From Paraspadella gotoi (lineage: Eukaryota > Animalia > Chaetognatha), in NCBI GenBank assembly GCA_051294375.1, contig JBJCIZ010000358.1, forward strand, positions 1 to 64,000: a DNA stretch of 64,000 nt, given 5' to 3'. Both the position numbers and the translations under genes were made by a program. This document shows positions 39,341 to 50,749 of the stretch, in pieces. The notes beneath the pieces were generated by a model. It saw only the letters and a program-made list of their open reading frames with translations. It did no database searches and had not been told where the DNA came from. Positions within the stretch are counted from its first letter, which is position 1. Every line of letters starts with the position of its first letter.

Positions 39341-40546
39341 GGGATCACTCAATTCAAATTATAATTAGGCCTAAAACCAGCTCTCGGAAAATTTCGAAAA
39401 GGAAAGCTCTGAGATTCGAAAATGTATTCACATTTACTATTTTTTTAAAGACGTAGTCGTTTTTTTTGATTTTTTTTGTAGCTATATAAAAAAAAAGAAA
39501 CCCATTTGAAAAGAAGAAATTGCAGCCCAAACGTGTAACGGCGGTTTTCCATGAAATTTAGCATAATTACCTTTGTGGTCACGGACTCCAATTCTAATGA
39601 AAAGATACTTTCAAAATTTGCATTCCTTCATAAGAAATTTGATTTTTTTTAATCATTTTTTGGATTTTAATTCCTTGAAATATTGAAACGAAAAACGTTT
39701 TTCCAAAAACGCGCTCATAAAACTCCCCACCTTTTCCTTTCTTGCCCAAGATATTTTTTCTTCAAGAAGAGTCCAAAACGGTTTGAAGCTGCAACTCTTC
39801 GTTTTTAACTTCTCTTCGTCAAGAAAGTTAAATTCTTTACTCATTACTCTTGCAAGATTCACCAAAAACATACACAAGCACGGGATGTGATGATGGAATT
39901 TGTTCAACTCCGAAGTCTTAAAAAAATGGCTTACTGTTTTAATAATTTGGATTTGATTTTTTTTTTCAAGATTCCCGAGAAAATAGGGCAAACTCTTTAT
40001 GATAAAACATTTACATAAAACTAAAAGTCAAATTGAAAAAAATTCGATAATTTTTTAACTCATAAAACTCATAAAAGCTAAAAACCCTTCTGGAAAATGT
40101 GTAGAGTAGTTTATTTTAAGACTTATTAGTGATACAGCTCCAAGTACGTACTTGCAACAAAAAGAAAAAATATAGAGAAGTAGAAATTGAGCTTACTGTA
40201 AAAAACGAGTTTAAAGCTAAAAATTTGGTAGAAAATTTAGCTTACATTTAAAAAATTATTTTCTCTTGAAAATCTAGTTTACCTAAGAAAAAATTTTGTT
40301 TTAAATTTTATGAACATTTTTGGTAAGAATTTTTAAAAGTTTTTGATTATTTTTAAATAGAAATCCTTCTTACGGGATGCGAGAAAATGATTAAGATACA
40401 TAAATTGAGTTCTTCAATTTTAAGTTTGAGTGACCCTGGCCTTTAATTGGTTCAGGCAAGTAGAATACAACAATACTTTATGAGTCAGATTCTGAAAATG
40501 AATTGGAAAAGATGATTTTTGATACTTCTTTTTCTGACTAATTTTT

Positions 40547-41150
40547 AGTCGGATCTGCTTATCAGCAGATCCCGACTCTATAATTCACCTTGTCCGACCG
40601 TTGGTCTGCCCCCTCAATATTGTCGGGCACTAACTTATATCATGTCAGAACATAGAATTATGATAAATTATGCAAAAAAATGATGTCGTCCGTCCCACCT
40701 TAGCAAAAAACACAATTACTCGTGATTGAATGATGGATTTGAATGAAATTTTGTGTGTGGGTTGGAAAGTGTGTGATTGAGCTGGATATAAAGTTTCGAT
40801 GGATTCGTCCGAGTGGAAATGAGTTTTAAATGGAAAAAACTAAAAAATATAATTCACTATTTGAACACCAATTGCTCATGAGTGGATGGGGCGATTGACT
40901 GGAATTTTGTATTGAGTAGGGAAATGTGTGATTAAACAGGAAACCAAGTTTTGATGGAATCGTTTGAGTGGTAAATGAAGTTTATATGGAATAAATAACT
41001 CGTGATTGGCTGATTGGATCGGAATGAAATTTTGTGTATGGGTAGAACATGTGTGATGAAGCTGGATAGAAATTTTTGACGGAATCATGTGAGGATATGA
41101 GTTTAAATGGAAAAAACATAAGTCGCATTTACTAAAATTTTTTTACTTAT
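40547..41150 (+). mobile_element. HINE family A 5' part with ~140-bp internal repeats
   Basis: ttttAGTCGGATCTGCTtatcAGCAGATCCCGACT, gtccgtcc, and repeated gaaattttgt..gctggata..ggaatcgt..tgagttt units. Confidence 0.8.
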
Positions 41151-41335
41151 TTTAACCAATAAATACTCTAATTAATCATAATTGGATGGCTAGATTGAGT
41201 TCAATAAAATTAATTTTTTTTACAAATAATGTTCACTGATGGTATGTTGTTCGTAATTGACTTTTAGAATTTTCGTATGTAACTTTACTACGCGCCTTAG
41301 TAATCATTGTGTTAGTGACAGAACCGTTCAATATA

Positions 41336-41409
41336 AGCAGTCCCTGAGCTTCGGATCAGGCTGTAACACCGTGTTACAGGCGGGTTAAGTGCCCCGTCCC
41401 TCTACTGCT
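41336..41409 (-). ncRNA. Twister ribozyme, circularly permuted type P5
   Basis: - strand: P5 AGCAGU, A, P2' GAGG, GA, T1' CGG, short P1 GGCACU, UAA, P2 CCC, T2 GC, P3 CUGUAACA-cgg-UGUUACAG, P4 CCUG, loop AU-CCG-AA-GC-U, P4' CAGG, G, P5' ACUGCU. Conserved elements are in order and T1 (CCG/CGG) covaries. P2 is one nt short. Confidence 0.8.
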
Positions 41410-41410
41410 A

Positions 41411-41470
41411 GGCGAACCCCGGACCTTTGGGTTGGGAGGCGAATGACTTGCCTCCCGCACCAATGGCCGC
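41411..41470 (-). mobile_element. tRNA-derived SINE-like head (Pol III A/B-box-like) directly upstream of the twister
   Basis: - strand GCGGCCATTGGTGCGGGAGGCAAGTCATTCGCCTCCCAACCCAAAGGTCCGGGGTTCGCC: A-box-like TGGTGCGGGAGG, anticodon-loop-like CTCCCAA (Gly-CCC-like), B-box-like GGTTCG. Confidence 0.65.
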
Positions 41471-42999
41471 TGATGAACGGTTGGTAGATTTTAATCCACC
41501 ATACATCCGCCCTCCCGTAGGGAGAAATCTGTTGCGTCTCTTCAATGAATTGTTGTTGTTGGTGGAAAGTGCATCGCCAGCTTGAGGCATGTCGCCTGAA
41601 AGTGTTGTTGTTGTTGTTGATGTAATAAATAATAATAAGAGTGAGGAGAAGGTGAAGAATTGTGACGATGTAAGAGAAGTAGAAAAGAAGTGAGACGAGC
41701 TTTCTCCTGATCCACTTTTATCATCGCCCGGACCAACTTGACCTTATGGTCGCCTCGGCCCTATTACTGTGTTCGGTCAATTTAAGGTCATTGCCAATGC
41801 TAGGGCAAAGTGACCGTGTGGATTGACCGGCTCGGAGAAAGAGGAGAGAGGAAGGGTTTAGAGAGAGAGACCGGTGGTAAGTCGCCTCAATGTTATCATT
41901 TTGCTATCGCAACATCGAGTTTTTATTTTGTTCTTTCTTCTCGTCACTCTTTATTTTTCATTATTTCCTTTCTATTCTTTCTTTCCTTTCTATTCTTTCT
42001 TTATTATTTATTCTTTTTGTTTTTTTTTTCTGTTTATAAATTAATTTTCTTTTCTCAAATTTTATATTTTTTAGTATCAAAATTTGTCGTCAATCCAGAT
42101 TTTTCTTATGCGATTGCGTCGATTTTTATGATTTTAAGATTTTTTAGTTTACATTTAAAATAGTCTTTTTAGAGGGAGACACTATCATCGAAATAATTTT
42201 TTTTCTCGGAAAAAGTGTAGTCCATCGTACAAAAATATATATGCTTTTAATTAATTAGGGACTATCATCGGAAACCTCTCAAGCAATATCTGTTGTCAAA
42301 AATCATTTCTTTAGGTGATATAAGGCTTTTCTCTATTTCAGACTCACTTTGTCGAGCTATATTCCAGGAACTTTATGATGAATTTACTTTTTATTTTAAA
42401 TATTGTTAAACAACTGGATACCAAGCATGGATTAAATACAAATTTGTTCTAAAAAGGTTTTACTGTATCTGATTTTTTGAAAACTAGCTTAAAATATATA
42501 GGGAATCATGGGGAATCACTACCATTCTAATTAAATATAATGATTGATATTATAACGCACTTGATGTGTTCGGGATTTCATCCGCAACGATCCACAAAAT
42601 AAGTAAATGCTAAAATGATTTTCAAATTAATTTTTTTTCTAACACCCCGATAAGAACCATTTACTAAGTAAATTATTTTTTTAACTGCGATTTTGAAGTG
42701 GTTTAACTTATTGAATAATTTTTTTCTTTTTAAAATTTCATTTTACCGTATTTGAGAGGTAAAAATAATTAAATAAAGCCAAAAAACTCCGCTTAGCGTT
42801 TGATTCATCTTAAGAGGAAAGGTCATTCAGCATAACAATACGTAATCATTGATGTGTTAGAGCTAATATATCGAGAAATACATTATAGTCATCAGTAATC
42901 ACAAAAAAATAAGTTCTTATTTATTTGTGTTCATTCTGTTTTCAATAATTTTTTTAAAATGGGTAAATAACAAAATTGTTAAATTAAATGGGTAAGCAC

Positions 43000-43382
43000 T
43001 AGGGCGGATCATATGCATATATAATTTTCCAAAATATGTTGCCTGTCGGTGATTCCTTTACCTAATATAGTTTTATTTGATATCACAATAATAATTTCCA
43101 AAAAAATATTCAGGATCCACTGCAGATTTTACAATTTTTTAAGAAATCATCATTTGCGAACTGTGATTGGTGGAAATTGGTCACGTGACCATCGAATTTT
43201 ATTTTTGGTATTATATTTACTAAATAAAAAGTTGTTTTTCAGTTAAGCAATGGAAATTTTATATATTTAAAGCAATACATTAAGATTTATGAACAATATC
43301 AAGGAAAATAAACAAGAAAAAGAAATAAATAAAGCCCCAGACTGGACATACAATCGACTTATCTCTCTTTCTTATTTTCTCA

Positions 43383-43427
<45 letters not shown>

Positions 43428-44101
43428 GAAGAATTTTATTTTCTCGCACGCGGAAACTAAAGTTCAAGCGTCCCCCGTCCAAAAATGAGTCGACAAGAGT
43501 TTCAAAATGTATGTTTATTGAGAGAAAATAGAAAAAAAACATGGTTTAGAAACTCATAGAAACAAGTTTCAGACAGTGATAGAAGGAGAAGACAAGGCGA
43601 GATATTCTTCACTTTTTCTCATTCTAAAATCGTAAATTTTAGACAAAAAAAATGAAATGAAATTACATTACGGATTTTTCATTTAATATTTTAAGAATCC
43701 AGATTTTTTCCCTTTTTTCGTTAGAGAAGACGCGAAGGGCGATGAAACATCGTCGATCGATGGAGATTGTTCTAGTTGACGAATTTGATTATAAAGAGGA
43801 GAAATCGCTAGAGCTACGGAGAAAACAATGAGCGGCGCTATTGCATCACGCATAAAATGGGGTATATTTTTTTGAAATCTAGTAAACAAAAATATTTTGG
43901 AATCTTCTTTACCAATTTTTTTAAATTTCAGATTTTTTTTTTAATTTTTTTTCCTTAATTTTTTTTTCAAACAATTTTTATTGCATAAAAAGGTTTTTAT
44001 TAAATAATTCATACAAAATATCGAGATTGGTTTATTTTATTAAACATTGCATTCGAAATTCAAATGGTAAGATGGTAAGAAAGAGTAAATAAGAATAAGG
44101 A

Positions 44102-44137
<36 letters not shown>

Positions 44138-45713
44138 AAAGAATAGAGACTCTCAAAAACTTCTTCAAAGCAAAACATCTTGTTAAGGTATAGTTGCCAC
44201 TGTAAAACCATTGTCAGCAGAATATTGGAGTCCGGTATCAATAGAATCTAAAATTTATTATAAAAAGACAGATGTTATCGAAAAAGAAAATAAAAACAAC
44301 TAAATACGTTCTCAAAGATTTTCAAGAAGACTTCTCATTTGTGCGAGCCATACCGTGAGACGTATCCATGAATTTCAGTAACCAGTTGGAAGGTCTTTTC
44401 ATCCTCTTGAATTCGCCGTATGCGAACGAAAAATTTGTTCAGGGAAAATTAATAAAACGAAGAAAAGATAACTGAAATCGCAAATTCCAATGCGGTAAAC
44501 TATTCCTTTTCGGTTTTACCCCAAATCAGGATTCATTTTATTACAGGTCGATTTACGAAATTTTTTTAAGAAAGAGGAAAAAAATTATTTGTTTTGAACA
44601 GCGAAGCCACGAGACGGGTTGCGTAGTTTTTACGGGGCATATCTTTGTACAATACCATAGTAAAAACTATAACTATTGTGGACGACACCACACCGATGAA
44701 GTGGCCAGATATTATATATTCTCTCCCTCTTTGCCAACAATATATCGTTCAAATTTTAAGGTCACACGGTAATTTTTTTATTATAAAAAGCGAGAGACTT
44801 TTGTATTTAACACTCTTGAATGTCGCCTAAAATCATGTCTCTAATAAAACATTTTCCGTTTCTTCACTATTTTCTTTTATTATTTTCTTAGTTTTATATT
44901 TGAATCTTCCCAGATCTGTGCTAAAATTTTAATAACAATAATTTTTTCCTGAATGACGTGAAGGATAATTCTTTAAATCCTTTAATAATTTTCGATAATA
45001 ATCATATCCATGGTATATCCTTTCGTTACGTTGTTGTATAGAGATTTACAAAGAATTTTTGAATTGTTACAACCGATTTTATTATTAGAAATGCAGACAT
45101 GTTTCGACTCTGAGATTTTGAATCTTCCTCAGCGCTTATTGACAGTATAATTGGAATAATGGAATAATTTGTGAGTTAAAGAAAGAGAGAGAGAGAGAGA
45201 CAGAAAAGGTTAAAGTTTCCAACAAAGAATTGAGACAGATTAGTGGTCAGTGTAGAGGACAGATTTAGTTTAGGCAGATTGAATAAGTGGTGAAAGAAGT
45301 GAAATTTGGTGAAAGGTGAGAGAGAGAGAGAGAGAGAGAAAGAAATAAACAATTAAATTTGAACAATCTAGCCTAAACTAAATCTGTCCTCGACACTGAC
45401 CACTAATCTGTCTCAAATCTTTTCCAAAAAATATAAATTTTAAGAGTTACTAACTGTATGTACTAATAAATATTACTGTTGAGATAAGACAATGCAGATT
45501 TTAATTTATTTGCCAATATTTCAATTTATATTGAGAAATCATTTGTCCTTTAATCTCATTTGCATATTATAGTGCGGTTAAACTTTAAAACGTAAATATT
45601 CAATAATGCGCTTTACATTTAAAAAAAAAATAACTTCATATACATATTTAGGTACATGGAAGGTACAGGAATCACAGACAGGCAAGGCCTAACTCGGAAA
45701 TCGATCCGGCCTA
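43000..45713. mobile_element. Non-autonomous hAT-superfamily DNA transposon (2714 bp)
   Basis: TIRs TAGGGCGGATC / GATCCGGCCTA with one mismatch, inverted subterminal motif ttgcctgtc.gtgattcct.tacct at both ends, and perfect 8-bp TSD GTAAGCAC (42992-42999 and 45714-45721). The R2 copy near 39150 has a single site. Confidence 0.88.
45090..45137 (-). ncRNA. Minimal type I hammerhead ribozyme in a Penelope-like fragment (45040-45420)
   Basis: - strand gcg-CTGAGGA-agattc-aaaatctca-gagtc-GAAAC-ATGTC-tgc. A ~50-bp inverted repeat lies nearby (45231-45280 vs 45366-45416). Confidence 0.7.
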
Positions 45714-46992
45714 GTAAGCACATTTTTTAAAGATTTGTTTTTCAATCTGGTGTTTAAAAATTCTAGGTAAGAAGTTAAAACACGGTATGGGATAGTTTAG
45801 AAGGGAGAAAATTAAACAATTAATCTCGTTACTAGTTGGTTTTCCAGTCAGAACAAATCTTCAGTTAAATAGATGGTAAAGAAATTCGAGCTACAATGAA
45901 TCTACACTGAATTTGAAGAGTTGCAGCCTAAACGACTGCAATAATATTGATTAAAAATTTGATTAGAAATCTTAAAAACATTTTTAAAAATGTAATAGAG
46001 AGACATTTTGATAAACACGTTCCAGTTAGAAAGAATTCAGGGTTAAAGTTTAAAAACGTTTTTACTTTTCAAGATACAAGTTGAAATTTAAAAATGTTCT
46101 CTATTACATTTTCTACAATTCATAATAAAGAATTCATAAAAAATATCAGATGGATTGGCCTTTTCGTTTGACCTGCAACTCTTTCAGATAGGTTCTTTTT
46201 ATTATATTATAATTAAAACGATATAAAATGGAGTAGATGCATCAAATGCTTAAAGTGAATACATTTTCGGAATCGCCAGGAGCTCAGCTTTCTGAATTTG
46301 TACTCCATTTTAGCCTATTTTGAAGTTGAATTGGAATGACCCTTTTTCTTGGAAAACTTAAAAAATAAAATAAAACATTTTTGTACTTTTTGGAAATATT
46401 AAAGAATTACTCGTGTTAAGCTATCCGAATATGTCATTAGTAAAATTTTTCCGATTTTAACGTTCACTTCGATCATAGTGGGAGAGGGCCTTTTGCCAAA
46501 ATAGCCTGTCCATAATCAGGAGCAAGATGCTTAATTATACGAATGGATTCTTTTTAATAATGGCTTTACAAATTTTATAAGAGAAGTTATTATTAATCTT
46601 GAACAAATTCTTTAACTTGTGCTAAATATTCAAATATATAATTATATTGAAGTAAAATTTTTTCTAATAAATAGCTTTAAAAGAACCCTAACCTTGTGTT
46701 AAATAATAACGAGAGAATATCAATTATTTATAATATGTAGCTCTTAACTTAATTTGCGATTCATGAAAATGACGATTGAGGATTAAGGAAAATGGTACAG
46801 AAGCCACCACGAAAGTGATACTGATATTAAACATGTAAAACATAGGTTTAGGGTTATTTTTTATCATTAAAATAAATATTATGCTTAATAAAAATGATAA
46901 ATATTATATGACTTAAATTTTTGCTTTAACAATTTATTGTTTAATATTAAAGATTTAAGTAATTTTAAACAAAGTTTTTTGGGTGGGTTTTT

Positions 46993-49252
46993 AGTCGGAT
47001 CTGCTTATCAGCAGATCCCGACTCTATAATTCACTTTGTCGGTCAGTCGGTCCGCCCCATCAATATTGTCGGGCACTAACTTATATCATGTCAGAACATC
47101 GAATTATGATAAATTATGCAAAAAAAATGATGTCCATCCGTCCGTCTGTCTGACTGTCCGTCCATCTGTCAATCCCACCTTAGCAATAAACACCGATTAC
47201 TCGTGATTGGATGGATGGATTTGAATAAAATTTTGTGGGTGGGTAGGGAAGTGATATCGATAGATGTGGAATGATGGGAATATTGTAAATCTCAAGTTTT
47301 GCTTTAATCGGACCTCACATTGTGGAGAAATCTTAGGAAACCATCAAAATTCCTCCCTTTTTTCAACATTCTCACCTTTTAAGATTTTCGCCGATTCTGA
47401 CTTCCTCTTACAAACTTATAATTCCGCTAGTTAATTTTTTTTTCTTAAACGAGCGAAGGGAATCCACAACTTTCTGTTATTTTATGATTTCTGGGTAAAA
47501 AATATAATAAATTATATTAACGTTGGGATATTATGAAAGTGTAATATCTTATGAAGCCTGTGAGACTTAAATAATTTAAAAAATTCGCTTATTTTATTAT
47601 TGAAAATAACATCAAAGTGAAGAAGTTGAATGGCTTCCGGCTCCTTTCAGTAAACATCCCTGTTCTCTTCAATAAGATAAGTAAGTGACAAAAAAATTCA
47701 CATTTTCTTTATCCAAAAAACTTTATAGTTTTACTAGAGTACAATTTAGCCTTTTTTCTTTCAGAATCATTAAAAGAATTAAATTTTCATTTATTCTTAT
47801 GGGGGTGTCATTAGTTTTAAAATTCATTTTAATTTTGACTTAGTTTGAACTCATCCTGTAAGGAGGTTTCAGCATAAGTAATTCTAAAATTGTATCTTGT
47901 ATGTGCCCTATGATTATGGCTTCATTTTGGTACTATTGCCATCCCTTAAGCTTTATTCCTTCAAGATATTAGGAAAAATTAGTTTTTTCCTCAACCTTCC
48001 TTTTAATTTCTTTTTAAATAAAAATTTCGCGATTCAAACGCGACTATTTCATTTAAACCTGATCATTTTTGTGCAAAATCAGTATAAAATGAAAAAAGAA
48101 AAATAGGACAAGCCTCTTCAGACACAAAGCTATCAGAATCGCAAAATTCGAAGTCGCTCATGTAACAGGAACATATAGCAATCCGGTTTGCAATTTAAGT
48201 TTGTAAACTTCCATTTCATTTCTATAGTAAAAATGAGGTTTGAAAATTCTCCGGAGATGAGTAGTGCATTTCCCTGGCTTGTTTGATATTAAATCCTTTA
48301 TCAAATGCCATAAAACGAATAGGACAAGCTCTTTAGATATAACGCTTTCGAATCGTGCGTTTTTACAAGTTTTTTTAACCAAATTTCTGGCAAACGCGTT
48401 TGCAATTTGGGTAGTCAGATTTGAACGGAATTCTCTATTAGAAAAATGTTGAATTTTTTTTTAAGCGAGATTCTCGTCTAAATAACTAACTTTTATGAAG
48501 CTTGTGAAAAACCTTATTAAATATTTTTTTAAATTAATCAGGGTTGACATTAAAAAACCACCTAAAAAAAAACAAAATAAAAAAACCACTAAAAGTATTT
48601 TTTTTATATGCAAGTTGAAAAAATGATGCAAGGTGAAAAAATCTTCAAAGCATAAGGATCGTTGCAATTGCAGAGAGAGAGAGATAAAAACGAAATAAAA
48701 ACATGATGTTGCGATAGCAAAATGATAACATGCACAAATGCTATGCTTAATTTTACGAGTTCAATCCTAATTCAATTTTTTTTTAAATAAAAACGCAGAG
48801 AGAGAGAGAACGTCAGCAGCAGAGGTAGCCAGAAAAAAATAAAGAAATCAAAAGTCAGCAGTAGAAGCAGCTGGAGAAAAGAGAGAAAAAGAAAGCCCCT
48901 GCAGAGCCAGCTGCAGACTCGTTTTTTTTCCGATGAATCAGCACTAAAAATGATCATAAAAATAGCGCAAGTTGAAAAAATGATGGGAATTGTAAAAATG
49001 ATGCAAATTGAAAAAAATGATGTGAATAAAAATCGTTTGGTAATTAAAATATTTACTAAGATTGTGATCTAAGTTTTTTAAAAAGGTATATAAAACACTA
49101 AGTGTTCAACTAATTAAAAATCGAATCGTTTTTTGAGGATTTAAAAAAAATTGTAATTTATCATCTGATTAGCTGATTACCTACTATTTTCTTTTTTTTT
49201 CAACCGCTTAATTATTGTAGGCAGATCCGACATTGTTTGCTCAAACTTGTTT
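46993..49252 (+). mobile_element. HINE family A composite copy interrupted by an R1 block (47253-48605)
   Basis: 5' hairpin/subTIR at 46993, GTCY repeats, satellite units at 48605-48640 and 48965-49022, and 3' GCAGATCCGACATTGTTTGCTCAAACTTGTT at 49220-49252. Confidence 0.7.
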
Positions 49253-49483
49253 AATGCCAACTCTGCTGAGGAAACGAGCCTAACGCTACCTTAATATCCC
49301 TTAGGCCTGATACGCCTGCCGACGGTTTCAATTTAATAAAGTTAAATAAAAAAAAAATATTTTTAAGATTTAAATTCGAGGTTATTTGCTTAAATATCTG
49401 TTCTAGAAAATATAGAAGAATCAGTAGACAATGTTAGAGATGAAAACTTTGTATTAATCCTTTCTTTTGTTGTTTGTTGAGAT

Positions 49484-50030
49484 TAATTAAAAACGAAAAT
49501 TTTCGTGGAACAACAATAAAGTTTTTTATTAACTTTGGACATGTTTCGGCTTACAACTCAAGCCTTCATCAGCATTTGAAATCACAAATAATTTATTTCA
49601 CAAACATTGAGAGAGGGGGAGAGTTCCAACAAAGAATTTTCTAAAGGAAAGTGGTCAGATGTGAGGACAGGTGAAGATGAGGACAGGGATGAAAAGGAGA
49701 GTGAATGTGAAATTGGTGAAAAGGGAGAGAGAGAGGGAGAGAGACACACAGAGAGAGAGAAATAATAGTATACATTAGGCAATGTACAACAAAGATAAAT
49801 AGTATTATAAACTAGACATAACAAAGATTGAAATAAATTAAATTAGGCTGTTTGTGCATTTTTGAAATATTGAAAATGAAATGGAAAAGGATAGTTTGTG
49901 AGGGATAGTTAAGATAAAGAGGTAAGAGAAAAATAAGTAAAAGAAAGAGCTCAAAATGAGTTGTAAGCCGAAACATGTCCAAAGTTAATAAAAAACTTTG
50001 TTGTTCCACGAAAATTTTCGTTTTTAATTA
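49484..50030 (-). mobile_element. Penelope-like non-autonomous insertion with inverted partial pLTR
   Basis: 49484-49560 is an almost perfect inverted repeat of 49957-50030 and overlaps the hammerhead. Inverted truncated pLTRs are typical of Penelope insertions. Confidence 0.75.
49534..49578 (-). ncRNA. Minimal type I hammerhead ribozyme (Penelope type)
   Basis: - strand tg-CTGATGA-a-ggctt-gagttgt-aagcc-GAAAC-ATGTC-ca; stem I is short. Confidence 0.75.
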
Positions 50031-50080
50031 AGAGATAAAAACTATTATTGCTCAACTTTTTCATTTTTTCTGTTGTTCAG

Positions 50081-50182
50081 GAATCCGTTAAACTCGAGTT
50101 CGAAGTTCGGTTCTCATTGGGCGACGCATCGTACTTGGATTCCGGCGAGACTCTCCCTTTGCCATCGCAAATTTTCTTTTGA
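50081..50182 (+). CDS. GGA: GGA last coding exon (GAE C-terminus), not in the ORF track
   Basis: Polypyrimidine tract and ttcAG|GAA; ESVKLEFEVRFSLGDASYLDSGETLPLPSQIFF* aligns to GGA EKVRLRYKLTFTMGDQTYNEMG; phase 0 matches the donor at 37663. Confidence 0.88.
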   Translation, partial: ESVKLEFEVRFSLGDASYLDSGETLPLPSQIFF

Positions 50183-50536
50183 TCCTATTTTCTATCGCGA
50201 CTTTTTTCATTTTTTCAATTATTATTCTGGTGGTGATTTCTTCTTATTGTTAACTTTATTATCCACGTACAATTTTTGTTTTTTACAAAACAAGGGAAAA
50301 AAATCTTTCTGTGATTCTTATTTTTTAAAAAGGTATTGAAGTGTTCACTATAGTCACACGGAATTCAATTTCAGCACACTGTCATTTGATAGTTTAAAAA
50401 CTGCATACCACATACTTAGCATTCTGTTCGGTCGGCATAGAACGGAAAATTAAATCTAAGCCTAAACTAAGGTTTCTTTTTAAATTCATAGTCTTGAAAA
50501 AAGAAAAAAAAATTAAAATTCAATTTAGAACTAAAT

Positions 50537-50662
50537 ATGGAAAATTTGACGACGGAGATTCTTCGAAGATTGGAGATTGCAGGGACTTTAAATTCGTTGA
50601 CGCTTTCGAAGGAATTGGAGCAAGATCATCAGAAAATCGTCGGGGCTATCAAGAGTCTTCAG
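50537..50662 (+). CDS. FARSA: Phenylalanine-tRNA ligase alpha subunit, first coding exon
   Basis: MENLTTEILRRLEIAGTLNSLTLSKELEQDHQKIVGAIKSLQ matches the FARSA N-terminus (LLRRLE...LDS..LA.ELG.EHQAVVGAVKSLQ); donor CAG|GTTTGT. The next exon was not found in the window. Confidence 0.9.
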
Positions 50663-50749
50663 GTTTGTTGCTCACCTTATCCTCGACGAGATTTAATGAA
50701 GTTTTTTATCCAACGTCAACCATGTTATTGACCTTAAAATTCAAGCAAT

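Noticed and set aside
41336-41455. HDV-like ribozyme on the + strand (AGCAGT/ACTGCT, GG, GGCGAAT)
   Set aside because: No convincing P2 or P3 can be built, while the - strand fits the twister consensus with covariation.
41470-41545. Hammerhead starting at CTGATGA (41470)
   Set aside because: The downstream GAAA is not followed by a stem III and NUH site, and stem II does not close onto it.
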